A DNA stretch of 64,000 nt from a virus (lineage: Duplodnaviria > Caudoviricetes). The position numbers were made by a program, and so were the translations under genes. Location: IMG/VR virus record IMGVR_UViG_3300028888_000093, positions 27,345-91,344 of that record. One strand, given 5' to 3'. Below are positions 62,676 to 64,000 of this stretch, one piece after another; position 1 is the stretch's first letter, and each line of letters begins with the position of its first letter. The notes under the pieces were generated by a model that saw only the letters and a list, made by a program, of their open reading frames with translations, made no database searches and was not told the DNA's origin.

Positions 62676-62756
62676 TGAGGTTGTGGCGGGCAATGGACTC
62701 AAAGCAACCACAATGTGCGGTTTATAAAAACAGAACAAACAAAACAGAAAAATAAC

Positions 62757-62921
62757 ATGTTGGAATCATATATGAAGAATATTAACAGGCAATACATAAA
62801 CACACTCCCACAAGGAGATGTGTTGGATTTTGCACATGTTTCCAGTAGTAATTATTCAATAGCGTTTGAACCGAAACAGGAACAAAAAAGAGGGATGAGG
62901 GATATTGGAGTTTTAATATGA
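62757..62921 (+). CDS. Putative leader peptide (54 aa) upstream of the tRNA region
   Basis: ATG 62757; stop lies ~40 nt before a terminator whose 5' arm is complementary to the last codons. Confidence 0.4.
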   Translation: MLESYMKNINRQYINTLPQGDVLDFAHVSSSNYSIAFEPKQEQKRGMRDIGVLI

Positions 62922-62962
62922 AATAAGGTGAGCACATAGGTTTCTAACCACAACATATTCCC

Positions 62963-63003
62963 AACCTCTGAAAAGTTTCCGAACAAATCAGAGGTTTTTT
63001 TTT
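62963..63003 (+). terminator. Rho-independent terminator/attenuator
   Basis: aacctctga...tcagaggtt + long T run. Confidence 0.75.
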
Positions 63004-63023
63004 ATGTTTAAATCTATGTAAAC

Positions 63024-63084
63024 TGTCATTTTGACATATAAGCATGACAAAATGTCATAAATTTAGTTTGGCATGATGTTTGCA
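63024..63084 (+). promoter_or_regulatory. Sigma-54 (-24/-12) promoter with two upstream TGWCA-N3-TGWCA boxes
   Basis: TGGCA-tgatgt-TTGCA at 63069-63084 with exact spacing; TGTCAtttTGACA 63024-63036 and TGACAaaaTGTCA 63045-63057. Confidence 0.7.
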
Positions 63085-63102
63085 TAAATAAAAAAACGAC
63101 AT

Positions 63103-63176
63103 GGTGCCGTTAGCTCAGTTGGTAGAGCGCATGTCTGTGGAACATGAGGTCGTTGGTTCAAACCCAACACGGCACC
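63103..63176 (+). tRNA. trnH: tRNA-His (GUG), encoded G-1:C73, no encoded CCA
   Basis: Full cloverleaf: gtgccgt/acggcac, gctc/gagc, catgt-ctGTGga-acatg, gttgg-ttcaaac-ccaac. Confidence 0.95.
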
Positions 63177-63232
63177 CGAAAAAAAGTTTGGAAGTTTCAA
63201 AAAAGATTTGTAATCTTACAAACACAAACGAG

Positions 63233-63244
63233 AGTTCTTTGAAA
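63233..63244 (+). promoter_or_regulatory. boxA-like antitermination element
   Basis: agttctttgaaa just downstream of a promoter-like TTTG-N20-TAATCTTA; resembles rRNA-leader boxA. Confidence 0.5.
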
Positions 63245-63274
63245 AAATGAAAATATAAAGTGATTGCTGGTGTT

Positions 63275-63686
63275 AATAGTGACACTACATGCATAGGCGA
63301 GAAATCCCTATGTAGAATCTCCCAAATTCGGTGGAAGGCCTTTTCCTATTGATAAGACAAGAAATGTGTATAAGAAAGGAACACAACACTAAACAATAAC
63401 GTGTAAGGACAATACCGAGCGAAAGTGATATAAAGACTTAGCCAAAGAAACTATATATCATCAATCGTGTAGAGACTGAACGGGAGATACCTAAATTGGA
63501 ATTGAATTCCCTATTAAGCATTGTTAGGTGATGCTGTCCCGAAAGGATGAAACAAGATGCAATTTCTTGAATAGGATTCTTGCAAGAATTTCAATATGGT
63601 AATGTCAGTCAAAGTCACAATAAGCATTTGTAAGAACTGTGGAGTTGAAACCACATTAAAAAACGTGTTGAGAATGCTTGACACTG
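63275..63686 (+). ncRNA. Group I intron (412 nt, no ORF) in the non-coding leader of a tRNA
   Basis: P1 ggtgtU/Gacact; P2; P3 tctccc(63318)/gggaga(63482); P4 ttcggt/accgag; P6-P6a; P7 gactga(63474)/tcagtc(63605); omega-G 63686; P10 atag/ctat. Confidence 0.85.
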
Positions 63687-63700
63687 CTATCACTTTACTT

Positions 63701-63847
63701 GCGCCCGTAACTCAGCTGGTAGAGTACATCCCTTTATACAGTTTGACATTTCTGCAAAATGTTTCAGATGCTGAAAGGAAAATTCAAGTTCGATTCTTGG
63801 AGCATCTGCTAAGGATGGAGTCGTGGGTTCGAATCCCACCGAGCGCA
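63701..63847 (+). tRNA. trnK: Intron-containing tRNA, most likely Lys (UUU); 74-nt insert at about 63736-63809
   Basis: gcgcccg/cgagcgc acceptor (one C-A mismatch), actc/gagt D stem, catcc/ggatg anticodon stem, gtggg-ttcgaat-cccac T arm; removing 74 nt gives loop CT-TTT-AA; A73 and U20. Confidence 0.75.
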
Positions 63848-63874
63848 CAATAATAACTTAAAAATTATATTAAT

Positions 63875-64000
63875 ATGGAAGACGGGGCAAAAACTAAAAG
63901 AATATCTTAAAAAAGATTTTGATTGGAATAATCATAAGAAGTATAGGAAATATTTTGATGACTGGTATTCAAATTTAACCGAAAATCAACTACTGTACTA
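63875..64000 (+). pseudogene. Small frameshifted or mis-sequenced phage gene, runs off the window
   Basis: ATG frame stops after 11 codons, but the +1 frame reads KLKEYLKKDFDWNNHKKYRKYFDDWYSNLTENQLLY. Confidence 0.4.

Noticed and set aside
63518-63560. Hammerhead-like string in intron P8 (tgatg..gtcc-cgaaa-ggat-gaaac)
   Set aside because: Lacks an intact CUGANGA core and has no room for stem I; at best a degenerate resemblance.
63732-63812. Reading the split tRNA as an ochre suppressor (UUA), Ser (GCU) or Arg (UCU)
   Set aside because: All are possible by sliding the 74-nt excision, but TAA is used as a stop, there is no long variable arm for Ser and no A20 for Arg; Lys fits best, though the junction is unproven.
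63596-63853. 85-aa ORF as an intron-encoded homing endonuclease
   Set aside because: Overlaps the intron core and the tRNA, with no HNH, GIY-YIG or LAGLIDADG motif; spurious.
1-64000. Stop-codon reassignment (TAG to Gln as in Lak phages)
   Set aside because: ORFs are long and contiguous in code 11, and TAG ends many genes cleanly before the next start (1281, 4055, 21460, 22327, 27223, 37774, 41278).

Overview
AT-rich, densely coding segment of a large contractile-tailed (jumbo-type) phage genome read in the standard genetic code. The host is most likely Bacteroidota, inferred from TTTG-N19/20-TATATT(T/A)A promoters, AT-rich leaders without Shine-Dalgarno sites and a sigma-54 promoter with TGWCA-N3-TGWCA boxes. 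1-39.6 kb: a glycosyltransferase-like gene, a lipoate-ligase-like gene and a long virion module (gp25-like wedge, baseplate J/gp6-like, several very large structural proteins, a 2720-aa LamG/CotH-kinase/BspA-LRR protein, fibre-like proteins). 39.7-50.4 kb: mostly minus-strand genes (T-type holin candidate, probable internal head proteins, sigma-70 factor, SbcC). 50.4-62.3 kb: RuvC-like resolvase, a collagen-fibre cassette, primase, SbcD, ClpP, fused DHFR-thymidylate synthase and an HslV-like Ntn hydrolase. The most unusual signal is non-coding. The last 1.5 kb holds a promoter-driven orphan TnpB omega-RNA (a second copy lies in a 271-bp IS200/IS605 MITE at 46.6-46.9 kb), a leader-peptide/terminator attenuator candidate, a sigma-54 promoter driving tRNA-His, a boxA, an ORF-less group I intron inside a non-coding tRNA leader hairpin, and a tRNA (best read as Lys-UUU) whose anticodon loop is interrupted by a 74-nt insert that itself folds as a tRNA-like acceptor/T-arm domain. 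All calls are from reading the sequence by eye; no database searches or folding programs were run.
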